A stretch of DNA of 30,861 nucleotides. It comes from a virus. Lineage: Duplodnaviria > Caudoviricetes. The translations under genes and the position numbers were made by a program. The stretch is taken from positions 1 to 30,861 of the IMG/VR virus record IMGVR_UViG_3300037465_000419; one strand, given 5' to 3'. Below, in pieces: positions 1 through 9,451 of this stretch. The notes beneath the pieces are model-generated. The model was not told the DNA's origin. It searched no databases and saw only the letters and a list, made by a program, of their open reading frames with translations. Numbering within the stretch: position 1 is the first letter of the stretch; each line of letters opens with the position of its first letter.

Positions 1-503
1 ACCTTGTGTTCAGCATAACGTGGATCGTTGACCAAATCGCGTCGTGCCTGCTCGTAGATTTCTGCACCCTTGTCGTGCAAGAACTTGTCGAGCATGTCCA
101 CAAACTGTTCCTTGAGATCGAGATATTTCTTCTCATATTCTTCGTAGAGATCGACTTCGAGAGTGCTGTTCTTAGCACGTTCAGCCAATAGCATCTGATA
201 AGCTTCCTCATACCCTTCTTCAAGGGTCTTCTCGAACTCTTCTCGCTGAACTTCTAATCTGTTACGAAGGTCAGTAATGATTGCATACGCTTCCTCGTAA
301 CCCTGTTCGGCTGTCTTTTCAGCGGTCTGCAATTCGGCTGAAAGTTCGTTGTAAGCATTTTCTAGCTGCTTGTTAAATTCAGCTTCTTTCTGCTTCGCAA
401 CCTCGTCAACAGCTTCTTTCATCATCGCGTCTACGATAGCTGTTACTTCTTTAATCTGGTCTTCAGGTAGAAGACTCTTTAACGCTTCAACTAGATTTTT
501 CAT
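1..503 (-). CDS. Prohead scaffolding/core protein (T4 gp22-like), partial; runs off the left edge
   Basis: Not in the ORF track. ATG at 503 overlaps the protease stop (TAATG). The frame stays open to the window edge: MKNLVEALKSLLPEDQIKEVTAIVDAMMKEAVDEVAKQKEAEFNKQLENAY..., an acidic coiled coil directly downstream of the prohead protease, as in the T4 21-22-23 order. Confidence 0.8.
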   Translation of the reverse strand, partial: MKNLVEALKSLLPEDQIKEVTAIVDAMMKEAVDEVAKQKEAEFNKQLENAYNELSAELQTAEKTAEQGYEEAYAIITDLRNRLEVQREEFEKTLEEGYEEAYQMLLAERAKNSTLEVDLYEEYEKKYLDLKEQFVDMLDKFLHDKGAEIYEQARRDLVNDPRYAEHK

Positions 504-1177
504 TACTTAGACCTCGCTAAATATTTATTTGTTGATTCTTTTATAATCCCACTCAACGCGGCTATTACAATATCTTTCTTAGTAGTATGTATGCGGGAGC
601 TATTATTTTTCTCAGAAGTATTATCAATATTTTGAGGAATATAATTCTCTCGCCTTCCAGTTACTACTTTCTCTTGGAAAGCCGCAGGTGTCGATGGATC
701 GGCAACGGCATCAAACGTAATTAGTTTATAACCTTCGCTAATAACTAATACACCGTTCTCATTTACCTTACCATTACCTACGCCACGACTACTCATACCA
801 ATTCTGATTCCGCTTTCTAGCAATGCACGCAATTGTCGCCCCATTGCCGTTGGTAATATCTCGCCCTCACCCATTAATATGTTGCCTTCCCACCATAACT
901 TTGTAATAACGTGAGAAGCATCTTTGAAATGGATGATGCTATCCGTGGGATGGTCTAACTCACCTAATAACCCACGGGCTTTAACAATTTCTTGTAGTTT
1001 CTGTACGTTTTCATCTAATACAGCAAACGGATACAATCGCTTATTTTTATTAACACACTCTGCTTCTTGGAGCTTGCCACGGAATTTCAGTAAACCCTTT
1101 TCGACATTAGATTCTTTAAAGTCAATCTGAAATCCGTAGCAATCAAATTCATTAAGCAGCATTGCGCCTTCAATCAT
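503..1177 (-). CDS. Prohead core protease (T4 gp21-like)
   Basis: NKNKRLYP, LGELDHP (catalytic His), IGMSSRGVG (catalytic Ser) and FDAVADPS (Asp) motifs typical of gp21-family head maturation proteases. Confidence 0.95.
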   Translation of the reverse strand: MIEGAMLLNEFDCYGFQIDFKESNVEKGLLKFRGKLQEAECVNKNKRLYPFAVLDENVQKLQEIVKARGLLGELDHPTDSIIHFKDASHVITKLWWEGNILMGEGEILPTAMGRQLRALLESGIRIGMSSRGVGNGKVNENGVLVISEGYKLITFDAVADPSTPAAFQEKVVTGRRENYIPQNIDNTSEKNNSSRIHTTKKDIVIAALSGIIKESTNKYLARSK

Positions 1178-1185
1178 TATGCTCC

Positions 1186-3054
1186 TTATGTAATTGGGGT
1201 TGAACCTTTGTCTACAACTAGGTTATCAGACTTCATCTTGTAACCTCTGCCGCCTACACCACCTGCTTCCTTAGGAACGTATGGGTTCTGTAGATTTGGC
1301 CATGTGTCGTTTGATGTGTAACGGCTCCAATCGTCGGTGCCGTCTACATCAGCGCCCTTCTCGCCCTTCATTGTCCATACGCCTGCCTTTGGAACATATG
1401 GGTTGTCTAACGATGGCCATGTGTCATCATTAGCCCAATTACCCCATGCATCTTTACGCATTTCATCAGCTAAGCCACCCTTATAGGATTTGCCGTCACT
1501 GACAGGAGCTACGTCACCCCAATCACCGCTAAAGTCCGAAGCTGGGGTGTAACCCTTCTGTGCGTTCTTAGCCATTTGGGGGTGATCGCCTACGATTGTT
1601 TGATGCGGAGTGTTGGAAACATCCCAATCTTCACTCTCTAAATTCGTTTCAACTAGATGCATTAGCCATGCTGCTACTTCGCCCGCCAACTCAAGTGTTG
1701 GTTCAACAGTCTGGTCTACAACACCCTTCAATTCCTTGAGAAAACTTGACGCTTCCCCCATTAGGAATTCATTACCTTCTTCATGTCCGAGGCGGTAAAC
1801 TTCAACCAAGGCGTTATATAGGTCAACAAAGACCTGCATTTCTAACTTGGTATTCTCATCTAGGAACTTAAAGAATCTTTCAACAATATTCTGGAAGTCG
1901 ATATAAGCGTCATCTGTGCTTTCTACTTTCATACCAGAAAGCTTAACGATTCTCTGAACTCTTTCGTTATAAGCTTCAAAAGCAGTTCGCAAAATACCTT
2001 CCGCCATAAATGTGCAAGTCTGATCGTCGTAAGATGTTTCACCAACTGTTTCTAGTGCTGTTGCGATAGAACCAGCAAGTTCGGCCTGGGTTAGATAAAT
2101 AACGTTTGGCCACCTGACTACGATAGCTTCTAATACTTCTTGTAGTCTCTTATTGTCAGACATCGCATTGCACTTGCGTAGATCGGCCATTGCCTTGCAG
2201 AAGTTAACGTCTTCTGCTAGGTTCTTCATCTTGGCACGAAGCACCATGCAATCGGTATTAAGAGTCTTCCAGTTGAAGGACAAAATCTTGCCTTCATTTC
2301 GTGCATGTGTGTTAGGAATGCGAATGGCGATTACATTGCCATTATCGTCGCGTTTGACTTCCGAATCCTTGGCGATAGGACCGAATTCCTGATAGTCGAT
2401 GTAATTAAGTACATTTTCGCTAATACCATACCACTCCTTCATCTTCTTCTTGGTCTGTGGTTTGAAGCGGAAATGAACGTGAGTGCCAGGTCCACCACGC
2501 TTCTTCAAAGTTTCAGCCTCTCGCTTCTTTTGTGCCTTTAAAGCTGGACTCACCAACTTCTGATTACGCTTCTTAGCTTCTGCCCGCTTCTGAGCTAGCC
2601 AAGGCGGTTGTGGCTTACCCTTCTTCTTTGGCTTATTTGGTTGCTCGACCCAGGCTTCCGTACCTTCTGCCAAGTCACGGCGAACAAATGGAAGTGAAAT
2701 GTATTCTTTGAATAACGCATCGGCTGTGGCGTTATTTTCCTTCAAACATTCATCGAACATCTTACGAAGGATTTCACGACCTTTTTCCCTGGCCGAACTA
2801 TTGTCAATTACTAACTGTTCAATGTTTTCAAATACAATGTTATTACCATCTAAACGGTATGTAGCGTGAATATAAGACTTGTCCAAAGTCTCGTAAGTAG
2901 CGCTGGACTCGTCAAAACAGTGAAGGGACAATTCTTCTTCACCTAAAGCCTTAGCCAACACTTCTTCAGCTTCAACTAACTCTTTTTCTGACTTGCTGAG
3001 TGATTCCTCATTGATCTTTTGGAAAACATCATAATTGATTAGTTTTCTTTTCAT
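1186..3054 (-). CDS. Large uncharacterised head-module protein (622 aa), probable prohead core/virion protein
   Basis: Long ORF with AGGAG RBS between portal and protease. It has a basic internal patch and a duplicated C-terminal motif DTWPxLxNPYVPK. Confidence 0.6.
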   Translation of the reverse strand: MKRKLINYDVFQKINEESLSKSEKELVEAEEVLAKALGEEELSLHCFDESSATYETLDKSYIHATYRLDGNNIVFENIEQLVIDNSSAREKGREILRKMFDECLKENNATADALFKEYISLPFVRRDLAEGTEAWVEQPNKPKKKGKPQPPWLAQKRAEAKKRNQKLVSPALKAQKKREAETLKKRGGPGTHVHFRFKPQTKKKMKEWYGISENVLNYIDYQEFGPIAKDSEVKRDDNGNVIAIRIPNTHARNEGKILSFNWKTLNTDCMVLRAKMKNLAEDVNFCKAMADLRKCNAMSDNKRLQEVLEAIVVRWPNVIYLTQAELAGSIATALETVGETSYDDQTCTFMAEGILRTAFEAYNERVQRIVKLSGMKVESTDDAYIDFQNIVERFFKFLDENTKLEMQVFVDLYNALVEVYRLGHEEGNEFLMGEASSFLKELKGVVDQTVEPTLELAGEVAAWLMHLVETNLESEDWDVSNTPHQTIVGDHPQMAKNAQKGYTPASDFSGDWGDVAPVSDGKSYKGGLADEMRKDAWGNWANDDTWPSLDNPYVPKAGVWTMKGEKGADVDGTDDWSRYTSNDTWPNLQNPYVPKEAGGVGGRGYKMKSDNLVVDKGSTPIT

Positions 3055-3173
3055 ATCTGTCTCCTAATAAGGATATATACCCTGGTTTACTATCCGATAT
3101 ATAGTGCTAATAGTACAATTTTAAAAACTATTAAAGCTACCTAAGATAGATATGCAAAAAGGCTTAAAAACCA

Positions 3174-3485
3174 ATGGACAAAATTAAAAGATTTTGCGAG
3201 TTCTGTGAAGAACGGGATATGGAACAAGGATTAGGCGATATAGACGCTCAGCCCAATGAAGAAGAATCTCTACTTAAAATGGCTCAATTAGCCATAAATA
3301 GGCACCAAGAACGGTTTCTTGACTTCTTTCATTCACTGGCAAAACACGATGATGATATTCGCAGAATTTTGGGCGAATTTCGTGACAAGCGTAGCAACTA
3401 CTTACCGAAAGACTTGCGAAAGGGCAGCGAAGAAGAGAAAGATATTGTTGCGCCAAATACCGCAGATATGAGCGGCCCAATTTAA
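3174..3485 (+). CDS. Hypothetical protein (103 aa), possible capsid-internal protein
   Basis: Fills the gap between convergent/divergent genes. N-terminus MDKIKRFCEFCEE resembles a T4 capsid-targeting sequence. Confidence 0.6.
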   Translation: MDKIKRFCEFCEERDMEQGLGDIDAQPNEEESLLKMAQLAINRHQERFLDFFHSLAKHDDDIRRILGEFRDKRSNYLPKDLRKGSEEEKDIVAPNTADMSGPI

Positions 3486-4738
3486 GAATTAATCTGATAA
3501 TAAATATTAATATATCGGTCGGCAGTGATGTCCCAAGTATTAGCATCTATATAACCTTCTGCCCTAGCCAAAATTTCCCTACGATGTGTTTCATTACTAA
3601 AGATTTCATCAATTTCGTCTGCAATCTCTGTATAAGTTGCTGGTCGCGGTACTACGCCTTCCAAATCGTCAAACTGATGACAACTACTTGCAATAACAGG
3701 AATGCCGCACGCCATAGCTACGCGAATTGCTCCTGATGCTCCATAAACCATATTTTTTGGATCACTAACATATGGAAAAACCGCAATTTTTGCAGTTCGT
3801 AGATAGTTTTTAATCATCTGATCTGTTTGGTACTTGCGGATAATAACCGCGTTGTCGTGCAGTTCTAACTCATCTATTTTCTTAATGAGAAAATCATAAT
3901 ACTGCGCGTGAACGACACTGGTATGGTAATTATCACTACACAAATAACAATAGAATATATCCTTAAACTTAGGATCGGACTTCTTTAAGTAATGAATTGC
4001 ATCTAAAACCCGATCAACACCCTTGTAGAAGAATCCAAAGCCGAACTGGACAATGGGATACGGTGTCTGAAATATGTTCCAAAGTTCCGTTTTTTCCTCA
4101 GCGGCAAATTTTACGCAACCGTGGGGAATAACAAAGATGTTATTGGCATTGCCTAACTTCTTGAGGACTTGCTTTCCCTCTTCACTGTGAACCACGATAT
4201 TCTTAACTGCCGAAGTGCAGATGGACTTATCCAGGTGTTCGTAAACCGAATGCATGGTTACAACGTAAGGAATATCTTCAATTCCTTGTAACAATTGTAA
4301 AAAATAAGTCGCTTTAGGGAAGATTCCAAATTCATGTTGAATGATAATTAAATCTGGTTGCCAGGCAACCAACTTCTCACTTAAAGTTTTGAGACTTGTG
4401 CCACGCTCCCAACATCTGGTAACATAAGTAGGATCGTCTGTCCGTTCTGGACCTTGCTCTGAAAATACATGTAATTCTTTGACTTTGATTCTTAGTGAAT
4501 CGACAAGATACTCACTGTAAGTGCTGATTCCACAATTATCATTCCAATTACATACAAAGGCAATTCGTAAATCTTTAACTTCTTTAGTATCACCCAAATT
4601 AAATTTTTTGCCAATGAGGGCGTGCCACTTCTCTCTCGGCTCCTTAATGTCTGCCTGGTGGACTGTGTAGCCAGTCATCGAGAATTGATGTTCCGACAGC
4701 GCAGCTATTATATTTTTTTTGTTTAGAGCTACCCACAT
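3482..4738 (-). CDS. Glycosyltransferase, GT-B fold (GT4-like)
   Basis: RIAFVxxWxxxCGISTYS, IIIQHEFG, VVTMH, VIPHG, FGFFxxxKG and SGAIRVAMACGIPVIAS motifs, plus C-terminal TWDITADRY. Confidence 0.9.
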   Translation of the reverse strand: MWVALNKKNIIAALSEHQFSMTGYTVHQADIKEPREKWHALIGKKFNLGDTKEVKDLRIAFVCNWNDNCGISTYSEYLVDSLRIKVKELHVFSEQGPERTDDPTYVTRCWERGTSLKTLSEKLVAWQPDLIIIQHEFGIFPKATYFLQLLQGIEDIPYVVTMHSVYEHLDKSICTSAVKNIVVHSEEGKQVLKKLGNANNIFVIPHGCVKFAAEEKTELWNIFQTPYPIVQFGFGFFYKGVDRVLDAIHYLKKSDPKFKDIFYCYLCSDNYHTSVVHAQYYDFLIKKIDELELHDNAVIIRKYQTDQMIKNYLRTAKIAVFPYVSDPKNMVYGASGAIRVAMACGIPVIASSCHQFDDLEGVVPRPATYTEIADEIDEIFSNETHRREILARAEGYIDANTWDITADRYINIYYQINS

Positions 4739-4746
4739 ATTGTTTC

Positions 4747-5085
4747 TCAGAATGCATCATCAAGTTCTTCATCGCTATCATTTAGCGTATAATCTACTAA
4801 CCAGTACACAGTAGCCGTACTGCTTTTAATGTCTGCGTACAAGACAAATACGTTGTTATATTTCTTAATTGCACCGACCATGTTTACACTCCCAGCGCAA
4901 ACAGGAATATCTTCTGCTTCTACAGCAACGAATATTCGTTTCGCTTTGATGAGTGGGTCTAAAGTTATTTCCGTCTCCGAATATCCATGTGCCAGGGTAA
5001 TACTACCGCGAACATGGGAGAAGATCAAAAAAAACAAGGCTTTAAAGTATTGCCACCACCACTTTTTTCCTCGAATCAAACCCAT
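4747..5085 (-). CDS. Small beta-rich hypothetical protein (paralog of 5088..5381)
   Basis: Aligns by eye with the upstream ORF (HVxGxIxLxxG...VCxGSVN...FVxxAxI...VxWxxxY). Trp-rich N-terminal segment. Confidence 0.7.
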   Translation of the reverse strand: MGLIRGKKWWWQYFKALFFLIFSHVRGSITLAHGYSETEITLDPLIKAKRIFVAVEAEDIPVCAGSVNMVGAIKKYNNVFVLYADIKSSTATVYWLVDYTLNDSDEELDDAF

Positions 5086-5087
5086 AT

Positions 5088-5381
5088 TTATTCTTCTTGA
5101 TATTCACAGTTCCAACTTACCAATGACGTATTAGTGTTAATCTCGGCATGAATAACAAACCCATGCCTGCCTACCGTAATACCAATCTTGTTTACTGAAC
5201 CATGACAAACACAAACGCCGTCATCTTCAATGTCAAAACAGACTTTGCAAGGCTTGCCAGGTATATTGATTTCTATTTCATGAGTACCAAACCCTAAGAT
5301 AATTTCGCCTGATACATGCTTCTTGCAGCAGGGTCGGCAACAACCAAAAAGATTAACAAACCACATCCATATGTTTCTCAT
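5088..5381 (-). CDS. Small beta-rich, Cys-rich hypothetical protein
   Basis: Strong GGAGG RBS, with TATATA upstream. Paralog of 4747..5085. N-terminal GCCRPCC. Confidence 0.75.
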   Translation of the reverse strand: MRNIWMWFVNLFGCCRPCCKKHVSGEIILGFGTHEIEINIPGKPCKVCFDIEDDGVCVCHGSVNKIGITVGRHGFVIHAEINTNTSLVSWNCEYQEE

Positions 5382-5414
5382 AAAACCTCCGTTGTTTACA
5401 GGTATATAATCTTA

Positions 5415-5660
5415 TTAAAACCAATATTCGTGAACTTTAGTTAAAAACGCAATATCCTTCTCACCTTCTTCATAAACAGGTAATACCGCATCTATTGCAC
5501 AGTAAGGACATACAGCCGTATCAGCTTCTTTATCAACCCATTCCTTAATCTCGGAAGGTGGAAAAATTTTATAACAATAGTAACAAGCACATTCAGAAAC
5601 TTTGAGCAACTTGTCCTTATTGTGTATAGCCATTTTCGGTGCTATCTTAAAATCCATCAA
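5415..5660 (-). CDS. Small zinc-ribbon conserved hypothetical protein
   Basis: CxCxxC...EWxD...TAxCPxCxIDxV pattern. Start overlaps the portal stop (ATGA). Confidence 0.75.
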   Translation of the reverse strand: MMDFKIAPKMAIHNKDKLLKVSECACYYCYKIFPPSEIKEWVDKEADTAVCPYCAIDAVLPVYEEGEKDIAFLTKVHEYWF

Positions 5661-8191
5661 CCCTCCGTATCTGTAAGATCAATATTTTCCACATCCTGCT
5701 CAGACTCGTAATTCTGGATTTCCATATCATACTTAACCGCTTCCTGATCGGTTACTTTTGGTAACGGTTTTGCCTGTTCGGGTGGAGGCATCATGCCTGG
5801 GGCTTGTGGTGGCGGTGGCATTGGCGGGCCTGTTTGAGGTAATCCACCTGGAGGCGGTGTTCCAGCGCCAGGTAATCCTGCTTCTGGTCCAAGTTGAGGT
5901 GATGGGCCACCTGGCTCTGCGCCAATTTCCTGTTCGCCCTGTCCTGGCAACCCGACACCCAACAGTGTTGGATTCTGTGCAAGAATCTGTAACTTCAAAT
6001 CCTCAAGTTTCTGCACCTTGAGACGTGCTAACATTTCTCTTGTTTCATCTTCTGTGTACTTCATCCACTTCGTCAGAATATCAAAGTCTGACATTAGTTG
6101 TGAACCTTTTAAGCTGTTGGCATTATTGATCCTATTTGTCACGATTTCCGCTCGGCTTAGCTCTCGCCAATCCGAAGGCGGCGTCATCTTGATTATCAAA
6201 TCTTCATAAGACTCAGGTGGAAATCCACGAAGCTTCAAATGCTTATCAGCAATTTGATATAAAGCTTCCTCGATGTGGGACTGTAATCTTTCAATCATGC
6301 GAGCAAATTTAACATCTTGTGCCGAAAGAGTGATTCTAGTCGCATTCTGGTCTTCCAAACTGAAATAATTCTTTGGAAAATTTAGAGCCGTAAATAATTT
6401 GTTACGGAAATATACAGCATCATCAATTTCGCCTAAATTTTGAGCGCCTGGCAATGTCTCAATTCTAGTATTGGATTGAGGGCGAATTGGAACCCAATAA
6501 TCTTCGTCTTGTGCTGGCGCGTGCCACCTTTCTTCAACAACTGACGCACCACCTTGAGCAAACTGATTCCTTGGAACCTTTTTCTTCCTGAATTGATCTT
6601 TAATACGATCCATAAAGGCTTCCGCCTTATATGGCGGTAGTTGGCCTACGTCAATATAAAAGCAACGTCGTTCTGGCGCACGGGTTAATCGGTATATAAC
6701 CATAGCATCTTCCATCATCCTCAATTGATGGGCTGGTCCTCGTGCTGCCTCGATAAGTGACACACCATAAGGATAAAATGTTTTTCTATAATCACCAATT
6801 CGGATATGAATTACCTGTTCAGGTGCAAATCGAATGGCCGTAGACTGTTGTAGTTCTGCCTCTGTTGCACTCTGAATAGGTGTTTTGATAATTGCCTGAT
6901 AGTCAGGGGCTTCCTTTGACTGCTGGAACTCTAATATCTTACCCTTAATTGTTTCGATACGGAACATCGTTTCGCACGGCAAGTCATTAATTCTATAAAT
7001 ACCTTCCTTTGGATTGTCAGGATTAATTACAACTTCCCAAAATAAGTCGCCTTTGATGAATAATCGCTTAGCTTTGTCCCACATGGTACGTTGGTCGAGG
7101 TTCAGCATGTCGCGGTGGAACATAACGAAATTTAATTCATCAACAATGTCACTATTAGCACAATGAATCTTGAAACACTTACCTTCCTCGTCTTTTTGGC
7201 AGTTGTGCATGATGCAGGAGCTTGTGGCAAAATTCTGATGTTCTTCGACAGAAAGATCGTAGACCGCCATGTTTTTGTGTGGCCAAATGCCGATAATTCT
7301 GCGGCGGTCTGCATTCTTGGATAGTCTCCTAATCTCTTGCCAAGTAAAGCCACTTCTTTCCAGGCAATGCTCCATAGTTTGAGGATCATTACCCAATTGA
7401 CGGGCAATTTGTTTAAGATTGCGGCCTTGAGTAATTTGACGTGCAATGTAATTCGCCTTTTCGTACTTAGGATCGTCTTCACCAGAACGCCACTCGTCAA
7501 TAAACTGACGTTCATGAATCCAACCCTTAGTAAAGGTAAAGATTCTTGGGAATTGTTCTGTTTTTAATTTACTGTAATTTGGATGACATTTGACTTTATA
7601 AAACGGCATCAGTTCGTCGCCAAACTTCAAATTACCAGCGTGCGCCCATTCTCCATCCTTTTTTAATATTCTGTGGTCAGGAGTGACCACTTCAACTCGA
7701 CCGTTATCAAAGACAATCTGAATTGTCTCCGCGAATTTAACAAAACGTGGGGCGTAAGCCCAACCGATGGTGTAATCTTCCTTCTTAAAATCCCAGCAGT
7801 AAACAGGAAACTTGTCTTCTGCTTTATTATTGGCAAGCCACTCGATTGATTTTGCTCCATAATAAAGAGTTTCAATTTGTGTATCACCTGCGACACAAGC
7901 CTCGTCTGCGAATACCGTGGTAGCCATTTCAATTTCAGGAACACTTAAAACCAAACGGTCGTATTCCTTATATCGGTTTGTTCGATTAGTGGCCGTTGTG
8001 GTGTCAACCAACTCATTTTGAACTCGGATGAACGCGCCGCCTTGTGATAGCGTCTCTAAATTGCGTAAATCTAGTATTGAATCGGGACTAGATACACCTG
8101 CTGTGGGGAAATCTTTAACGTCCGACTTCTTCGCTAGCGGGTCTTGTGTAAATGCGTAAGTGAATAGCTTAAATAGATCGTACCATGCCAT
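5657..8191 (-). CDS. Portal protein (T4 gp20-like), intein-containing precursor
   Basis: PYGxSLIE, QLRMMEDAMVIYRLTRAPERRCFYIDVGQLP, EDYWVP, TRIETLPGAQNLGEIDD and DVKFARMIERLQ are hallmark gp20 segments. Pro/Gly-rich then acidic C-terminal tail. Confidence 0.97.
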   Translation of the reverse strand: MAWYDLFKLFTYAFTQDPLAKKSDVKDFPTAGVSSPDSILDLRNLETLSQGGAFIRVQNELVDTTTATNRTNRYKEYDRLVLSVPEIEMATTVFADEACVAGDTQIETLYYGAKSIEWLANNKAEDKFPVYCWDFKKEDYTIGWAYAPRFVKFAETIQIVFDNGRVEVVTPDHRILKKDGEWAHAGNLKFGDELMPFYKVKCHPNYSKLKTEQFPRIFTFTKGWIHERQFIDEWRSGEDDPKYEKANYIARQITQGRNLKQIARQLGNDPQTMEHCLERSGFTWQEIRRLSKNADRRRIIGIWPHKNMAVYDLSVEEHQNFATSSCIMHNCQKDEEGKCFKIHCANSDIVDELNFVMFHRDMLNLDQRTMWDKAKRLFIKGDLFWEVVINPDNPKEGIYRINDLPCETMFRIETIKGKILEFQQSKEAPDYQAIIKTPIQSATEAELQQSTAIRFAPEQVIHIRIGDYRKTFYPYGVSLIEAARGPAHQLRMMEDAMVIYRLTRAPERRCFYIDVGQLPPYKAEAFMDRIKDQFRKKKVPRNQFAQGGASVVEERWHAPAQDEDYWVPIRPQSNTRIETLPGAQNLGEIDDAVYFRNKLFTALNFPKNYFSLEDQNATRITLSAQDVKFARMIERLQSHIEEALYQIADKHLKLRGFPPESYEDLIIKMTPPSDWRELSRAEIVTNRINNANSLKGSQLMSDFDILTKWMKYTEDETREMLARLKVQKLEDLKLQILAQNPTLLGVGLPGQGEQEIGAEPGGPSPQLGPEAGLPGAGTPPPGGLPQTGPPMPPPPQAPGMMPPPEQAKPLPKVTDQEAVKYDMEIQNYESEQDVENIDLTDTEG
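7202..7897 (-). mobile_element. Intein (232 aa) in the portal gene
   Basis: N-terminal CVAGDTQI (block A), VTPDHRIL (block B TxxH), VYDLSVEEHQNF (block F), terminal HN followed by +1 Cys (ADEA|C...HN|CQKD). Confidence 0.93.
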
Positions 8192-8274
8192 ATTAAATCC
8201 TTTACCCTTCTAATTATATTAGTTATGGCTATATGGCATAATTTTCTCCAGTTTAGCATAACTCTATTAAATTA

Positions 8275-8856
8275 ATGAAAAGGATCATTTTAGTCGTAAG
8301 TCACCTGGGGGCAGGAAGTGCCAGTCTGTGTTACTGTCTAGCACAAAATAAGGTAATCCAATGGATGCAAGATGGGATTATTTACGATGATCCTGTACAA
8401 TCTGTTGAGTCAATCCTATCATCGAAACATAAATATAGTGAATTGGTGGGCTTGTATATCAACGAAGTTCTTTATAATTACCAAATATCGCATAAGAAAA
8501 TTTATCAAGCCTGTGAATTTGTTTACCTGATCCGCAATCCGAAAACAGCTATTAAGATTTTAAAACCTAATGACTCAATATTTGCGCTAAATTATTATAT
8601 TTTTAGGCTTAGAAGAATCTATGAAATGACTAGAGAAACGAAAGGTGCCGTTTTTCTAACTTGGGAAGATTTGGTTAGTCAGAAGGGGATGAAATATCTG
8701 ACCAAGAAGTTTAATTTGCCAGATACGACTTTTGAAGAATTCAAGCCTGATAAGAAACTATTCGACTTGCCTAAACCAATGCTGGCCGAAGCGGAACGTG
8801 CTTATGAATTGTGTCTGTATCGTGTTAAGAACAGCGGACAGGTTGTAAGGTGTTAA
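8275..8856 (+). CDS. Sulfotransferase-like P-loop protein
   Basis: N-terminal ILVVSHLGAGSASL (degenerate 5'-PSB loop), VYLIRNP (3'-PB motif) and FLTWEDL. Confidence 0.6.
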   Translation: MKRIILVVSHLGAGSASLCYCLAQNKVIQWMQDGIIYDDPVQSVESILSSKHKYSELVGLYINEVLYNYQISHKKIYQACEFVYLIRNPKTAIKILKPNDSIFALNYYIFRLRRIYEMTRETKGAVFLTWEDLVSQKGMKYLTKKFNLPDTTFEEFKPDKKLFDLPKPMLAEAERAYELCLYRVKNSGQVVRC

Positions 8857-9451
8857 GTCTTATTGGTGTTTTTTGACCATTGGTAGAAGAAAAAATAACC
8901 GAACTGGCCGTCCATCGCCATCCTTTAAAACTATTGTCACCAATTAGATATTGGTATAGATTTTTTTTAATGTAGGCAATCGTGACATGAGGACGGTATA
9001 CATTGTGGTTCGGTGTATTTTGAATATTAGTTTTCAGAAGGTGGTTAAAATAAAAAAGGCTTGGACTTATTGCTTCAATTTTCATCACATCGAACTCTTC
9101 GTTAGTAGTAAAGATTGAAACAGAGCCAAGCCTTACCTCAAATGGATTTTCTCTGGATAACAGAGATTGAGTCTGCTCAGGATGTTCTGAATGAACGCCA
9201 TAAAGTAAAGTTATGTGAATTTCGTCTTCCCGACCATGAATCATGTCATTAGGTGGACTGTAGATATCGCTATCCTTAATCATCCTGTTGCCCCACTGCA
9301 CGATTTGGTCGGCCAAGATGGAAGGTAGATTAATATGTACTGACGAATAAGGATGTAAACCTGTTCTTCTATCCGTGAAGGGTCTGTAAGTCATCATCCT
9401 CGTCATTATCCTCTTGTGGAGCCATTTGTCTTTTTTTAACGTTCTGTGCAT
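8825..9451 (-). CDS. 2H phosphoesterase (Acb1/T4 gp57B-like or 2'-5' RNA ligase-like); true start probably a later Met
   Basis: Two HxT motifs: IHITLLYG and YRPHVTIAY. Confidence 0.85.
   Translation of the reverse strand: MHRTLKKDKWLHKRIMTRMMTYRPFTDRRTGLHPYSSVHINLPSILADQIVQWGNRMIKDSDIYSPPNDMIHGREDEIHITLLYGVHSEHPEQTQSLLSRENPFEVRLGSVSIFTTNEEFDVMKIEAISPSLFYFNHLLKTNIQNTPNHNVYRPHVTIAYIKKNLYQYLIGDNSFKGWRWTASSVIFSSTNGQKTPIRLNTLQPVRCS

Noticed and set aside
6-2541. Plus-strand ORFs 6..191, 924..1130, 1610..1798, 2153..2392 and 2305..2541
   Set aside because: They lie antisense to well-supported head genes and have no motifs.
7132-7944. Alternate-frame ORFs within the intein as a hidden homing endonuclease
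   Set aside because: No HNH, GIY-YIG or LAGLIDADG motif is recognisable in them.
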